Shown: piece by piece, positions 22,253 through 34,124 of the stretch
Layout of the letters: each line of letters begins with the position of its first letter
Position numbering within the stretch: the first letter of the stretch is position 1
Origin: Hydrurus foetidus
Lineage: Eukaryota
Assembly: GCA_900617105.1 (NCBI GenBank)
Contig: UYFQ01000600.1
Coordinates: 310,001 to 374,000, forward strand
Length of the DNA stretch: 64,000 bases
Direction of reading: 5' to 3'
Position numbers and translations under genes: made by a program
The notes under the pieces: generated by a model
Told to the model about the DNA's origin: nothing
The model's input: the letters and a program-made list of their open reading frames with translations, nothing else
The model's database searches: none

Positions 22253-22552
22253 CTACACATAAGTGCCGCGCCTCCAGCTATCGTCTGATGATGTTTCAGT
22301 ATTCGGGCCATTGTCGTGCCTGAGACAATATGAGTCTGCGTCTTTTTCAGATCGAACCCGTGGTTCTTTAAATTCAGCGGAACTGACTGGATTGATGATC
22401 AATGCGGATGCCGAACATTTCACCTGAATCAATGCGGCCATAGTCACTGCGTAAGCTAAGCGCGTGCTGCTGAATGGCATAGCGGCCAAACTATGTAGGC
22501 GACCGTAGAAACGAGAATATTGAACTATTCTGCTTCTCTTCAGCCCTGTCAC
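22253..22552 (-). CDS. Low-GC hypothetical ORF (may extend to ~22140 if one indel is corrected)
   Basis: 99-aa ORF in a conspicuously AT-rich ~420-bp patch. Confidence 0.3.
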   Translation of the reverse strand: MTGLKRSRIVQYSRFYGRLHSLAAMPFSSTRLAYAVTMAALIQVKCSASALIINPVSSAEFKEPRVRSEKDADSYCLRHDNGPNTETSSDDSWRRGTYV

Positions 22553-22573
22553 GCAGAACCGACGAGTCCTCGA

Positions 22574-23719
22574 TCAACCGCGCCATGAACGCCGCGCCGC
22601 TGCATCTGGGAAGTCTCGACGAACTCCGTCCGGCTGTGGGCCTGGTCGATCGAGCCCGGACCCGCAGATCACCGTGGAAACCCCGCCCCCTGGAACTGCC
22701 CGCCTCAGCGGCAGAGGTACCACGCGGCCCGGGCCGTTGTCGCCGGCCATGCGGCGGGCGAAGGCCTCGGCGACGCCGTCGACTTCTGGCGCAAAGGACG
22801 GCGTCAGCGAGCGGCGCTCGACCCTGACCCCGGCCTCGGGCGCGCGGGTTTTCAGCTCGGCGTCCATCTCGGCAGCGCGCGCGAAGAAGTCGGCCAGGAT
22901 CGCCACCGGATCCATCCCCGGCGGGGTGCGCAGGTCGAAGATGAACACGCATTCGCGGGCCAGGATATTGACGGCCGTGCCGCCATTGACCTGGCCGATG
23001 GTCAGGGTCGCGCCCTTGGGTGAATGGCGAGTTCGGATCGGCCTCGCGCGCGGCCTCTCGGACAGCACCAGTCCGGCCATCAGCTTGATGGCCGCCATGT
23101 TGGCCGAGACGCCCAGGTGGGTCAGGCTGGAATGGGCTTCGCGGCCTGACACCGTGACCCGGAACGAGGCGATGCCCTTGTGGCCGCTGACGGCGACCAT
23201 GTCGGTGGGCTCGCCGACCACCACCAGGGCGGGGCGAGGCAGATCGCGGGCGATGACCGCGATCATGTCGGGCGCGCCCAGACAGCCGACCTCCTCGTCA
23301 TAGGAGAAGGCCAGGTGGACGGGCTTGCTGAGCGTTGCGGCCGCCAGGTCCGGCGCGGCGGCCAGGGCCAGAGCCAGGAAGCCCTTCATGTCGCAGGTCC
23401 CGCGCCCGTAGAGGCGGCCATCCCTTTCGGTCAGCACGAACGGATCGGTCGACCACGGCTGGCCGTCGACCGGCACCACATCGGTATGACCCGACAACAC
23501 GACGCCGCCCTCCACCGCCGGACCGATGGTGGCCAGCAGGTTCGACTTGGTCCCGTCGGCATTGGGCACGCGCCGCGAAGGCACGTTCAGCTGGGCGAGG
23601 TAGTCCTCGACCCATTCGATCAGCGCAAGATTGGACAGGCGCGAGGTGGTGTCGAACGACACCAGCTTGGCCAGAAGATCGATGGCGCGGTCGGACAGCG
23701 CTTCGGAAGAGGATGCCAT
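22574..23719 (-). CDS. argE: Acetylornithine deacetylase (M20), with internal frame errors
   Basis: [48 protein letters not shown]. Confidence 0.92.
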   Translation of the reverse strand: MASSSEALSDRAIDLLAKLVSFDTTSRLSNLALIEWVEDYLAQLNVPSRRVPNADGTKSNLLATIGPAVEGGVVLSGHTDVVPVDGQPWSTDPFVLTERDGRLYGRGTCDMKGFLALALAAAPDLAAATLSKPVHLAFSYDEEVGCLGAPDMIAVIARDLPRPALVVVGEPTDMVAVSGHKGIASFRVTVSGREAHSSLTHLGVSANMAAIKLMAGLVLSERPRARPIRTRHSPKGATLTIGQVNGGTAVNILARECVFIFDLRTPPGMDPVAILADFFARAAEMDAELKTRAPEAGVRVERRSLTPSFAPEVDGVAEAFARRMAGDNGPGRVVPLPLRRAVPGGGVSTVICGSGLDRPGPQPDGVRRDFPDAAARRSWRG

Positions 23720-23908
23720 GGGGCGAGCCTAGACCCGTCTCCCCGCTGCTGCCTAGCCGCACACGACCAGATCGCGACCACCCGTCCGCCCGGAGGCATG
23801 CCCGTGCGCAAACCCGGCGATTTTCCGCGCGCCGCGAGCGAATTCATCCTCGCCCGTCGCGGTCCACCGCTTTTCTTCGGCGCGCCAAGCCTCTAGAGGG
23901 AGCGGATC

Positions 23909-24750
23909 ATGATCCTGACCCTCTCCTGTCCCGACCAGCGCGGCATCGTCGCCAAGGTGTCCGCCTTCCTGTTCGAGCGCGCCTGCAACATCCTCGACGC
24001 GCAGCAGTTCGACGATCAGGAGACCGGCCAGTTCTTCATGCGCGTGGTGTTCGACGCCGACGGCGCCGACCACGCCGCCCTGCGCGCCGACTTCACGGTG
24101 GTGGCCGCCGCCCTGTCGATGAAGTGGACCCTGCGCGACCGCACCGACCGCTACCGGGTGATGATCCTGGCCAGCAAGTTCGACCACTGCCTGGCCGATC
24201 TCGTCTATCGCTGGAAGATCGGCGAGCTGCCGATGGAGATCGCCGCCGTCGTGGCCAACCACCCGGCCGAAACCTACGCCAATGTCGACCTGACGGGCCT
24301 GCCCTTCCATCACCTGCCGGTGACCAAGGAGACCAAGTTCGAGCAGGAAGCCGCCCTGTGGCAACTGATCCAGGACACCCGGACCGACATCGTCGTCCTG
24401 GCCCGCTACATGCAGGTGCTGTCAGAGGGGCTGTCGGCCAAGCTGGCGGGCGCTGCATCAATATTCACCACTCGTTCCTGCCCGGCTTCAAGGGCGCCAA
24501 GCCCTATCATCAGGCCCATGCGCGGGGCGTGAAGGTGATCGGGGCCAGCGCCCACTACGTCACCGGCGACCTCGACGAGGGTCCGATCATCGAGCAGGAC
24601 GTCGAGCGCATCAGCCATCGCGACACGCCCGAGGACCTGATCCGCAAGGGCCGCGACATCGAGCGCCGCGTCCTGGCCCGCGCCCTGCACTATCAGCTGG
24701 AAGACCGGGTGCTGCTCAATGGCCGCAAGACGGTGGTGTTCACCGACTAG
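23909..24750 (+). CDS. purU: Formyltetrahydrofolate deformylase (frameshift near 24445)
   Basis: [12 protein letters not shown] domain, [42 protein letters not shown]. Confidence 0.95.
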
Positions 24751-24826
24751 TCGCCCGGGAGAAGCGGGTTGCGCGCCGCCGGGCTTCTAAGCTACGGGGC
24801 GGGCTTGGTATTCTGAAGGAACCGGC

Positions 24827-25891
24827 ATGTCGCGCAACCTCCGTATCCTGGTCACCGGCGGCTGCGGCTTCATCGGCTCGGCGGTCTGCCGCTATCTGGC
24901 CGGCCTGGGCGACGCGGCGATCCTCAATTTCGACGCCATGACCTATGCGGCCTCGGAGACCAGTCTGGCCGATCTGCGCGGCCACAACAGCTACACCTTC
25001 GTGAGGGGCGATGTGGCCGACGCCTCGGCCGTGGCCGAGGCCATCGCCGAATTCAAGCCCACCCACATCATGCACCTGGCGGCCGAGTCGCATGTCGACC
25101 GCTCGATCACCGGTCCCGGGGCCTTCATCCAGACCAATGTCATCGGCACCTATGTGATGCTGCAGGCGGCGCTGGAGTACTGGCGCACCCTGGACAGCGA
25201 GGCCGCCCAGGCCTTCCGCTTCCATCACATCTCGACCGACGAAGTGTTTGGCAGCCTGGGGGCCGAGGGGCTGTTTTCCGAAACCACGCCCTATGATCCG
25301 CGCTCGCCCTACTCGGCGTCGAAGGCCTCATCCGACCACATGGTGCGGGCCTGGCATCACACCTATGGCCTGCCGGTCGTGGTCTCCAACTGCTCCAACA
25401 ATTACGGCCCTTATCACTTCCCCGAGAAGCTGATCCCGCTGGTCACGCTGAACGCCCTCGAGGGCAAGCCGCTGCCGGTCTATGGCAAGGGCGACAACAT
25501 CCGCGACTGGCTCTATGTCGACGACCACGCCAAGGCGCTGGTGCTGATCGCCACCCAGGGCAAGGTCGGCGAGAGCTACAATGTCGGCGGCCGCAACGAG
25601 CGGACCAATCTGGAGGTGGTCAAGGCCATCTGCGACCTGCTGGACGAGCTGCGCCCGCAGCCGGGCCTGAAGCGCCGCGACCTGATCCAGTTCGTCCATG
25701 ATCGTCCCGGCCACGACGCCCGCTACGCCATCGACGCCACCAAGCTGGAAACCGAGCTGGGCTGGAAGGCGGAAGAAAATTTCGACACCGGCCTGCGCAA
25801 GACCGTCGAATGGTACCTGGCCCGCGAGGACTGGTGGCGGCCGCTGCGTGAGCGCTATGACGGTCAGCGTCTGGGGCTGAAGACGACCTGA
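24827..25891 (+). CDS. rfbB: dTDP-glucose 4,6-dehydratase
   Basis: [43 protein letters not shown]. Confidence 0.97.
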   Translation: MSRNLRILVTGGCGFIGSAVCRYLAGLGDAAILNFDAMTYAASETSLADLRGHNSYTFVRGDVADASAVAEAIAEFKPTHIMHLAAESHVDRSITGPGAFIQTNVIGTYVMLQAALEYWRTLDSEAAQAFRFHHISTDEVFGSLGAEGLFSETTPYDPRSPYSASKASSDHMVRAWHHTYGLPVVVSNCSNNYGPYHFPEKLIPLVTLNALEGKPLPVYGKGDNIRDWLYVDDHAKALVLIATQGKVGESYNVGGRNERTNLEVVKAICDLLDELRPQPGLKRRDLIQFVHDRPGHDARYAIDATKLETELGWKAEENFDTGLRKTVEWYLAREDWWRPLRERYDGQRLGLKTT

Positions 25892-26790
25892 TGTCATCCC
25901 TCAACAAGGATGGTCCGCGCATTGCGCTGTTTGGCGCCAACGGCCAGCTGGGTCAGGACCTGTCGGCCATCGCCGCGTCGCGCGGCCTGGCCCTGATCGC
26001 CCTGCAACGCCCGCAGTTCGACGCGACCGATCTGGCCGGACTGGACGCCGCCCTGGCCGATCTGGACTTCGACGTCGCCATCAACAGCGTCGCCGTCACC
26101 CGGGTGGACGACTGCGAGAAGGACCCGGCCCCGGCCGTGGCCATCAACGCCGATTTCGCCCAGGCTCTGGCCAGGACCTGCGCGCGCAAGAAGGCCCGCC
26201 TCGTCCAGGTCTCGACCGACTATGTGTTCGGCGGCCAGGCCTCGCGCCAGCCCCTGGACGAGGACGCGGCGCCGGCCCCGATCAATGTCTATGGGCAGAC
26301 CAAGCTGCAGGGCGAAATCCTGGCCCGTCAGGCCCATGACGACGTCATCGTCGCTCGCGTCGCCTCGCTGTTCGGCGTCGCGGGCGCCAGCGGCAAGGGC
26401 GGCAATTTCGTCGAGACCATGATCCGGTACGGCCGCGAGCGCGGAGCGCTCAAGGTGGTCGCCGACCAGATGATGTCGCCGACCGGTTCCTGGGACGCGG
26501 CAGAGGCCCTTCTCGACCTGATCAGGGTCGAAGCGCCCGCCGGCGTCTATCACGTGGTCAATTCCGGCGCGGCCAGCTGGCATGACTTCGCCAGCGCCGT
26601 CATCGACCGCGCGGGGGTGGCCGCGACGGTCTCGCCGATCCCGACCTCCGAGTTTCCGACCCCGGCCCGCCGTCCGCCCTACAGCGTTATGGCCAACGGC
26701 AAGGTCGAAAAGGCGCTGGGCCGATCCATGCCGACATGGCAAGACGCTCTGGACAGATATTTGACGGCCAAAGGTCACCGACAGACGTGA
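25891..26790 (+). CDS. rfbD: dTDP-4-dehydrorhamnose reductase
   Basis: GANGQLG, STDYVFGG, YGQTKLQGE, DQMMSPT, PARRPPYS. Confidence 0.93.
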   Translation: MSSLNKDGPRIALFGANGQLGQDLSAIAASRGLALIALQRPQFDATDLAGLDAALADLDFDVAINSVAVTRVDDCEKDPAPAVAINADFAQALARTCARKKARLVQVSTDYVFGGQASRQPLDEDAAPAPINVYGQTKLQGEILARQAHDDVIVARVASLFGVAGASGKGGNFVETMIRYGRERGALKVVADQMMSPTGSWDAAEALLDLIRVEAPAGVYHVVNSGAASWHDFASAVIDRAGVAATVSPIPTSEFPTPARRPPYSVMANGKVEKALGRSMPTWQDALDRYLTAKGHRQT

Positions 26791-26822
26791 CCGACCGCGC
26801 GGGGCAGTAGGGGTACTATTTC

Positions 26823-27692
26823 ATGAAGGGCATCATCCTGGCCGGCGGATCGGGCACGCGCCTGCACCCGGTGACCAAGGGCGTCAGCAAGCAGCTGCTG
26901 CCGGTCTACGACAAGCCGATGATCTATTATCCGATCTCGATCCTGATGATGGCGGGCATCCGCGACATCATGATCATCAGCACGCCCCGCGACCTGCCGC
27001 TGTTCCAGGGCCTGCTGGGCGACGGCTCCGATTGGGGCGTCAATTTCGTCTATGCCGAGCAGCCCGAGCCCACCGGCCTGGCCGACGCCTATCGCATCGG
27101 CGCGCAGTTCGTCGGCAATGGTCCCTCGACCCTGATCCTTGGCGACAACCTGTTCTATGGCGCGGGCATGGGCCGGATGCTGGAGGGCGCGGCCACCCGC
27201 GCCCAGGCCGGCGCCTCGGTCTTCGCCTATCTGGTCAAGGATCCCGAGCGCTACGGCGTCGTCGAGTTCGACGAGGACAACCGGGCGGTCAGCATCGAGG
27301 AAAAGCCGGTCCAGCCGCGCTCCAACTGGGCGGTGACCGGCCTCTACATGTACGACAACAAGGTCGTCGACTATGCCCGCGACCTGAAGCCGTCGGCGCG
27401 CGGCGAGCTGGAAATCACCGACATCAACCGCCTCTATCTGGAGAGCGGCGCCCTGTCGGTCGAGCGCATGGGCCGGGGCTTTGCCTGGCTCGACACCGGC
27501 ACCCACGACAGCCTGCTGGAAGCCTCGGAGTTCGTGCGCGCCATCGAGCATCGCCAGGGCCTGAAGATCGGCTGCTGCGAGGAGGTGGCCTACCAGAACC
27601 GCTGGATCAATACTGACCAGCTGCTGGGTCTGGCGCACGATCTGCAGAAGTCGCCCTACGGCGCCTATCTGCGCTCCCTGGCCGAGGGCTGA
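26823..27692 (+). CDS. rfbA: Glucose-1-phosphate thymidylyltransferase
   Basis: [42 protein letters not shown]. Confidence 0.97.
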   Translation: MKGIILAGGSGTRLHPVTKGVSKQLLPVYDKPMIYYPISILMMAGIRDIMIISTPRDLPLFQGLLGDGSDWGVNFVYAEQPEPTGLADAYRIGAQFVGNGPSTLILGDNLFYGAGMGRMLEGAATRAQAGASVFAYLVKDPERYGVVEFDEDNRAVSIEEKPVQPRSNWAVTGLYMYDNKVVDYARDLKPSARGELEITDINRLYLESGALSVERMGRGFAWLDTGTHDSLLEASEFVRAIEHRQGLKIGCCEEVAYQNRWINTDQLLGLAHDLQKSPYGAYLRSLAEG

Positions 27693-27943
27693 GCGGCCCT
27701 CCACAGGCCCCGGACAGCCGCGCCCGACCGCGCGATTGGCCGTTGTCCGGAGCCCCCGAACGGGCCTAAACACCCAGAAGAATCAGCAGGGTCACGCTGC
27801 GGGATGAGCGGTTCCCCAAGCTTCCAAGGCCTGTTAAGAAGGCGCCCGCTCCGACGGAGCGAGAAGCCGGGTCGCTTCGCCCGCCGCCAACCTGTTTGCG
27901 AGAGTTTCCGGATTTGTTTGCCGTCAACAGGAATGGCTTCTGA

Positions 27944-28741
27944 ATGAGCCTCTTCGGAAGTTTCAAGGCCGCCGCGCTGGACCTGTACCGCGGCGTGCTC
28001 CTGACGCCTCTGTGGTGGCGGGTCAGCGTCGAGCAGACCGTGACGCGCTACCGCCGCAGCCTGCTGGGCCCCGTCTGGATGGCCAGCACCACCCTGGCCA
28101 CCGCCTTCTCCCTGGCCATCGTGTTCGGTTCGATCTTCGGCGGCGACGCCAAGGACAACCTGTCCTTCATCATGATCGGCGTGGTCGGCTGGTCGATCAC
28201 CGGCGGCATCCTGCCTGAGATCGCCAATACCTTCGTCAACGCCGCCGGCGTGATGCAGGTGCGCAACCTGCCCCTGAGCTTTCACGCCTTCCAGCAGATG
28301 AGCAAGATCTTCATCAACTTCCTCCACCAGGTCGTCGGGCTGTGGCTGGTGCTGATGCTGATGAAGCTGGCGGTGATCCCGCACTGGACCCTGCTGGTCA
28401 ACCTGCCCATCGCCCTGCTGACGGGCCTGTTCATCAGCATTCCGCTGGGCATGATCTCGGTGCGCTTCCGCGACATCAACTACATGGTCGGCTTTGTCGC
28501 CCAGAGCCTGTTCATGCTCACACCCGTGTTTTGGAAGCGCACACAGGTTCCCGCGGATATGCGCTGGATCGTCGATCTCAACCCCTTCGCGCACCTGCTT
28601 GATATTGTCAGGTACCCATTGATGGGCGCCGCCGCGCCGGCCCACGATGTCTACGCGTCGCTGGCCTTCCTCGGCGTCGCCGCGCTGTTTACGCTGATCA
28701 GCCTGACCCTGGTCCGCACCCGCGTCGTGTTCTGGCTGTAG
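27944..28741 (+). CDS. wzm: Polysaccharide ABC transporter permease (Wzm)
   Basis: RYRRSLLGPVW, RFRD, LTPVFW, LNPFAH; about 6 TM segments. Confidence 0.88.
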   Translation: MSLFGSFKAAALDLYRGVLLTPLWWRVSVEQTVTRYRRSLLGPVWMASTTLATAFSLAIVFGSIFGGDAKDNLSFIMIGVVGWSITGGILPEIANTFVNAAGVMQVRNLPLSFHAFQQMSKIFINFLHQVVGLWLVLMLMKLAVIPHWTLLVNLPIALLTGLFISIPLGMISVRFRDINYMVGFVAQSLFMLTPVFWKRTQVPADMRWIVDLNPFAHLLDIVRYPLMGAAAPAHDVYASLAFLGVAALFTLISLTLVRTRVVFWL

Positions 28742-28746
28742 GCGAC

Positions 28747-29493
28747 ATGAACAGTTCCATCGAACTCACCGACGTCACGCTCGACTACAACCTCTACAGC
28801 GTGCGCGCCCAGTCGCTGCGCAACACCGTGCTGAACATGGCCGTCGGCGGCCGCCTGATCCAGGCCGGCAAGGACGTGACCTTCGTGCGGGCGCTGTCGA
28901 ACGTCAGCCTCAAGCTGCAGGAAGGCGACCGCCTGGCCGTGATCGGCCACAACGGTTCGGGCAAGACCTCGCTGCTGAAGATCCTGGCCGGCATCTATTC
29001 GCCGACCTCGGGCAAGGTGGATGTGCGCGGGCGGATCAGCTCGATGATCTCGATCTCGGTCGGCCTCGACATCGAAGCCTCGGGTCTGGAGAACATCCGC
29101 AACCTGGCCATGATGCAGATGATGTCGGACCGCGAGATCAAGAAGCGCCTGCCCTCGATCGTCGAGTTCTCCGGCCTGGGCGCCTTCGTGCACATGCCGC
29201 TGAAAACCTATTCGGCCGGCATGGCCGCGCGCCTGACCTTCTCGGTGGCCACCCAGATGGACGCCGACATCCTGATCATGGACGAGTGGATCAGCGCCGG
29301 CGACGCCGACTTCCAGAAGCGGGCCGCCGACCGCCTCAACAGCATGGTCGATTCCGCCAGGATCGTTGTCCTGGCCACCCACGACTATCAACTGGCCGCC
29401 AAGGTCTGCAACAAGGTCATGACCATGGAATCCGGCGTGCCGACCTTCCTTGGGACCACCGAGGAATGGCTCGCGAGAAGCAGCGCCGCGTGA
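28747..29493 (+). CDS. wzt: Polysaccharide ABC transporter ATPase (Wzt), no C-terminal carbohydrate-binding domain
   Basis: GHNGSGKT Walker A, YSAGM signature, ILIMDE Walker B, GDADF. Confidence 0.92.
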   Translation: MNSSIELTDVTLDYNLYSVRAQSLRNTVLNMAVGGRLIQAGKDVTFVRALSNVSLKLQEGDRLAVIGHNGSGKTSLLKILAGIYSPTSGKVDVRGRISSMISISVGLDIEASGLENIRNLAMMQMMSDREIKKRLPSIVEFSGLGAFVHMPLKTYSAGMAARLTFSVATQMDADILIMDEWISAGDADFQKRAADRLNSMVDSARIVVLATHDYQLAAKVCNKVMTMESGVPTFLGTTEEWLARSSAA

Positions 29494-31921
29494 GCGAGCG
29501 GCTTCCCGCGCCCCGGAAGGCCGTCGAGCCGACCGGATCGCCCGGCCAGTTCAGGGCCCAGGCCGCCGATGCGGAGATGCTGTTTCGTCTGACCCGGGCC
29601 GAGCAGCCGCAGTTTGACGACGTGGCCTCGGTTCGCGTCAGCGTGAAACTCCGCGCGATCGAGGGCGAGATACAGACGCCCAGCGTGCTGATCGACTGGG
29701 GCGACGGCCTGGCGCTGGCGACGCCGGTGGCGCTGAAGCGGCTCGGCGATGACACCTATGTCGTCGTGGCCCACACCAATGCCGGCGCCCTGCGCCAGAT
29801 CGTGCTGCTGCCGTCCGGCGCGCCCTGCCTGTTCGAACTGAGCGGGTTCCGGGTCGATCCTGCGGCCGAGCCGGCGCCCGGCGCCCCGCGACTTTCGGCG
29901 CCGCGCCGGCTGCTGCGCGCCGCGCTTGCGGACTTTCCCCGGCCGCGCGCGGATCACATCATCCTCCGGACTCTAAAGCGATCCCAGAGCACGATCCGTC
30001 TGGCGCGTCAGACGATGAGAAATCGCCGCCAGGACCCCTGGCGGGAGTCCTATCAGCACGCCTTTGACGTGGCGCGACACGCCTTCAGCCCCCACTTCGC
30101 CGCCCCGGCCCTGGGTCCGCCGCCCCGCGCCGACGACGCGCCCGGGTGCTGGCCTTCTACCTGCCGCAATACCATCCGTTCCCCGAGAACGATCAGTGGT
30201 GGCAAGGGCTTCACCGAGTGGACCAATGTCAGCAAGGCCACGCCCCAGTTCGTCGGCCACTACCAGCCGCGCCTGCCTGGCGAGCTGGGCTTCTACGACC
30301 TGCGGGTGCCCGAGGTGCTGCAGGCCCAGGCGGCGATGGCCCGCAACGCCGGCGTCGACGCCTTCTGCTTCCACTACTACTGGTTCGGCGGCAAACGGCT
30401 GCTGGAGCGCCCGCTCGACGCCTTTGTCGCCGACCCGCAGATCGACCTGCCGTTCGCCCTGTGCTGGGCCAACGAGAACTGGACCCGGCGCTGGGACGGC
30501 GACGAACAGGACGTCCTGATGGCCCAGGACCATTCGCCGGAAGACGACCTGGCCCTGCTCGACGACCTGGCCCGCTACATGGCCTCGCCGCGCTATGTGC
30601 GGGTGGGCGGCAAGCCGCTGCTGATCGTCTATCGCCCCGACACCCTGCCCGACGCCGCGGCCACGCTGGAGCGCTGGCGCGCCGCGCGCGAGCGCGGGAT
30701 CGGCGAGCTGTTCATCCTGTGCACCAACGCCTTCGGCTCTCGGCCTGGCGCGACGCCGGCTTCGACGGCCTGGTCGAGTTCCGCCCACGCCCTGCAGAAG
30801 GGCGAGATCCTGGGCACGGTCGAGCGCCTGAACCTGGATTTCGCGGGCCGGATCTACGACTACGACACCGTCGTCGAGGAGCGGATCGCCGCCCTCGACG
30901 CGCGCCTGGACGCCCGGGTTTATCCCGGCGTCATGCCGTCCTGGGACAACGAGGCGCGCAAGCCCGGCTGCGGCAACATCTTCCACAATGTCACGCCGCA
31001 GCGCTTCCACGACTGGGCCGGCGCCGCGCTGGACTGCTCTATGCGCCTGGCCCCGCCCGACGAGCGGCTGATTTTCGTCAACGCCTGGAACGAGTGGGGC
31101 GAGGGGACCTATCTGGAGCCCGACCGCTGGCTGGGCCACGCCCGGCCCAGGCCCTGCGCAACGCCGTGGCCCGCCGCGCTCCGACGCCCGCGCGCGACCA
31201 CCCCGCCGTGGCCGCCTCGCAGCAAGGCCCCCGCACGCATGACGCCGTCATGCTGTTCCATATCTTCTATGCCGACCTGATCGACGACCTGGCCCAACGC
31301 CTGGCGCCGCTGCAGGGCAGCATGGACGCCATCATCACCTTCCCCGAGCAGTGGCCGACGGCGGCGGTCGACGCCCTGGCCAGGGCCGTGCCGGGCGCTG
31401 TCCTGGTCCCCCTGCCCAATCACGGACGCGACGTGGTTCCGTTCCTGACCGCCCTGAAAATCGCCCGCGCGCGCGGCCATACGGCATTCTGCAAGGCCCA
31501 TACGAAGAAGTCGCCGCACCGCTCGGACGGCGCCGCCTGGCGCGATCGCCTGCTGGACGGCCTGATGTCTCCCGATCGCGCCCAGGCGGCCCTGGCGGCG
31601 TTCGCCAAAGATGAACGGCTGGGCCTGCTGGCGCCGGAGACCGCCCGGATGCTGTTCAGCGACCCGGGGGTCATGACCCACAATGCCGAGGGTGTGGACC
31701 AGCTCTCCCGCGAACTGAACTTCCGTTATGGGCCCGACACGGCTTTCCCGGCCGGCACCATGTTCTGGGGTCGCATCGCGGCGTTCGAGGCGCTGGTCGG
31801 TCACGACCTGACCTTCGAGCCCGAACTGGGACGGGTGGACGGCACCCTGGCCCATGCCTTCGAGCGCAGCGTCGGCTGCCTGGCCGAAACGGCCGGCTTC
31901 CGGGTGCAGTGGAGCCTGTAA
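29490..31921 (+). CDS. WbsX/GH99-like glycosyltransferase fused to RgpF (rhamnan synthesis F) domain, frameshifted
   Basis: AFYLPQYHP..ND.WW.KGFTEWTNV, LGFYDLR, CWANENWTRRWDG, FVNAWNEWGEG; then HIFYAD, NHGRDVVPF, KAHTKKSPH, FPAGTMFW, LAHAFER. Confidence 0.85.
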
Positions 31922-31934
31922 GGCTCTGAAACAG

Positions 31935-31962
31935 AAAAAGGGGCGCGCCAGGCGCGCCCCTT
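31935..31962 (-). terminator. Intrinsic terminator for tkt (possibly bidirectional)
   Basis: aaggggcgcgcc-a-ggcgcgcccctt hairpin with an A-tract on + (U-tract on -). Confidence 0.8.
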
Positions 31963-31974
31963 GGTATTCCGGGA

Positions 31975-33931
31975 TCAGACGGCCGCGGCGGCCACGGCCT
32001 CGGCGGTGATGCCGAACTCCTTGTAGAGACGCTCGAACGGGGCGCTGGCGCCAAAGCCGGTCATGCCGATGAAGGCGCCGTCCTCGCCGATGAAGCGCTC
32101 CCAGCCCTGACGGATGCCGGCCTCGACCGCGACGCGCTTGGCCGCCGTGCCGATGACGGCCTGGCGATAGGCGGCCGGCTGCTGCTCGAACAGCTCCCAG
32201 CACGGAACCGAGACCACGCGGGTCGGCTTGCCCTGGCCCTGCAGGATGTCGCGCGCGGCGACGGCCACGCCGACCTCGGTGCCGGTGGCGAAGATCGTCA
32301 CCGCCTCGCCGCCCTCGGCCGCCAGCGCTCATAGGCCCTTGGCCGACAGGTTCTGTTCGCCCGAGTCGCGGACGCCGACCGTCTTCTGGCGCGACAGGGC
32401 CATGACTGACGGGGTGGTGGTCTGCTGCAGGGCGATCTTCCAGCACTCGGCGGCTTCCACCGCGTCGGCCGGACGGAAGACCAGCAGGTTGGGGATGGCG
32501 CGCAGCGAGGCCACGTGCTCGACCGGCTGGTGGGTCGGGCCGTCTTCGCCCAGGCCGATGGAGTCGTGGGTCATCACGTGGATGACCTTCGCGCCCATCA
32601 GGGCCCCCAGACGGATCGCCGCGCGGCTGTAGTCGGCAAAGGCCAGGAAGGTGCCCGAATAGGGGATGACGCCGCCATGCAGGGCCATGCCGTTCATCGC
32701 CGCGGCCATGCCGAACTCGCGCACGCCATAGTGGACGTAGCGGCCGGCATAGTCGGGCGTGTCGAACGCCGTCATGCCCTTGACGAAGGTGTTGTTGGAG
32801 CCGGTCAGGTCGGCCGAGCCGCCGATCATTTCGGGGATCGCCGGGATCAGGTGGTCCAGGGCGGCGCCAGGAGTGGACGCGGGTGGCGTTGGCCGGCTTG
32901 GTTTCCGCCATCTTGGCGATGTGGGCGTCGACGGCTTCAAAAGCCTTGGCCGGCAGGCCGCCCGACATGGCGCGCGTGAACTCGGCGGCGTGGGCCGAGG
33001 CCTTCAGGCCCGCTTCCCAGGCCTTGCGGACGCGGGCGCCGCGACGGCCGACGCTCTTCCAGGCCTTGGCGATGTCGTCGGGCACAGTGAACGGCGCGGC
33101 GTCCCAGCCCATGGCGACGCGCGAGGCGGCGATCTCGTTGTCGAACAGGGTGTAGCCGTGGCTGTGCGGGTCGCCTTCTTTCGGACCCGCGCCCTTCGAG
33201 ATCAGCGTCTTGCACGCGATCATGGTCGGGCGGTCCTGCTTGGTCGCCCAGCGCAGGGCGGCGGCGATCTTGCCGTGGTCGTGGCCGTCGACGACCTTGA
33301 CCGCCCAGCCGGCGGCCTTGAAGCGCATGACCTGGTCGCCGGTCTCGGAGATGGTGGCGACGCCGTCGATGGTGGTGTTGTTGTCGTCGAACAGCACGGT
33401 CAGCTTGGACAGCTTCAGGCGGCCGGCGATGCTGATGGCTTCGTGGCTGACGCCTTCCATCAGGCAGCCGTCGCCGGCGATCACCCAGGTGCGGTGATCG
33501 ACGATGTCGGCGCCGAAGCGCGAGGCCAGATGGGCTTCGGCCATGGCCATGCCCACGGCGGTGGCCAGGCCCTGGCCCAGCGGGCCGGTGGTGCATTCAA
33601 CGCCCGGCGTGTGGTGGACTTCCGGGTGGCCGGGGGTCAGCGAACCCCACTGACGGAAGTTTTCGATCTCCTTCATCGTCATGGCCTTGAAGCCGGTCAG
33701 GTGAAGCAGGGAATAGATCAGCATCGAGCCGTGGCCCGCCGACAGCACGAAGCGGTCGCGGTCGGCCCAGTCGGGCTTGGCGGCGTCGAACTTGAGGAAC
33801 TTGCTCCACAGAACCGTCGCGACATCGGCCATGCCCATCGGCATGCCCTGGTGTCCGGACTTGGCCTTGTGGACCGCATCCATGGAAAGGACGCGGATCG
33901 CGTCGGCCATTTTGATGGGCGAAACGGGCAT
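31975..33931 (-). CDS. tkt: Transketolase, frameshifted
   Basis: [58 protein letters not shown]. Confidence 0.96.
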
Positions 33932-34089
33932 GGGCGTTCGTCTTTGTTCGTTATGTTTTGCAGGGCTGCGCGGGCGCGAGGTCGCACGATGACCCCCTCG
34001 GGTCAAGGTTTGCGGGCCTTGGCGTGACACTTCGGCGACGTATCGGTGCTTTGCAACAACGGGCGGACGGGCTATAGCTTGATCGAGAC

Positions 34090-34110
34090 TTATGCTCATT
34101 TTCAGCATAA
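34090..34110. promoter_or_regulatory. NadQ-type operator upstream of nadE
   Basis: TTATGCTCA-TTT-TCAGCATAA, one mismatch to ttATRCTCA-N3-TGAGYATaa; sits just downstream of a TTGCAA(34051)/GCTATAGC(34071) promoter. Confidence 0.8.
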
Positions 34111-34124
34111 CTAAGGGTCCAGCC

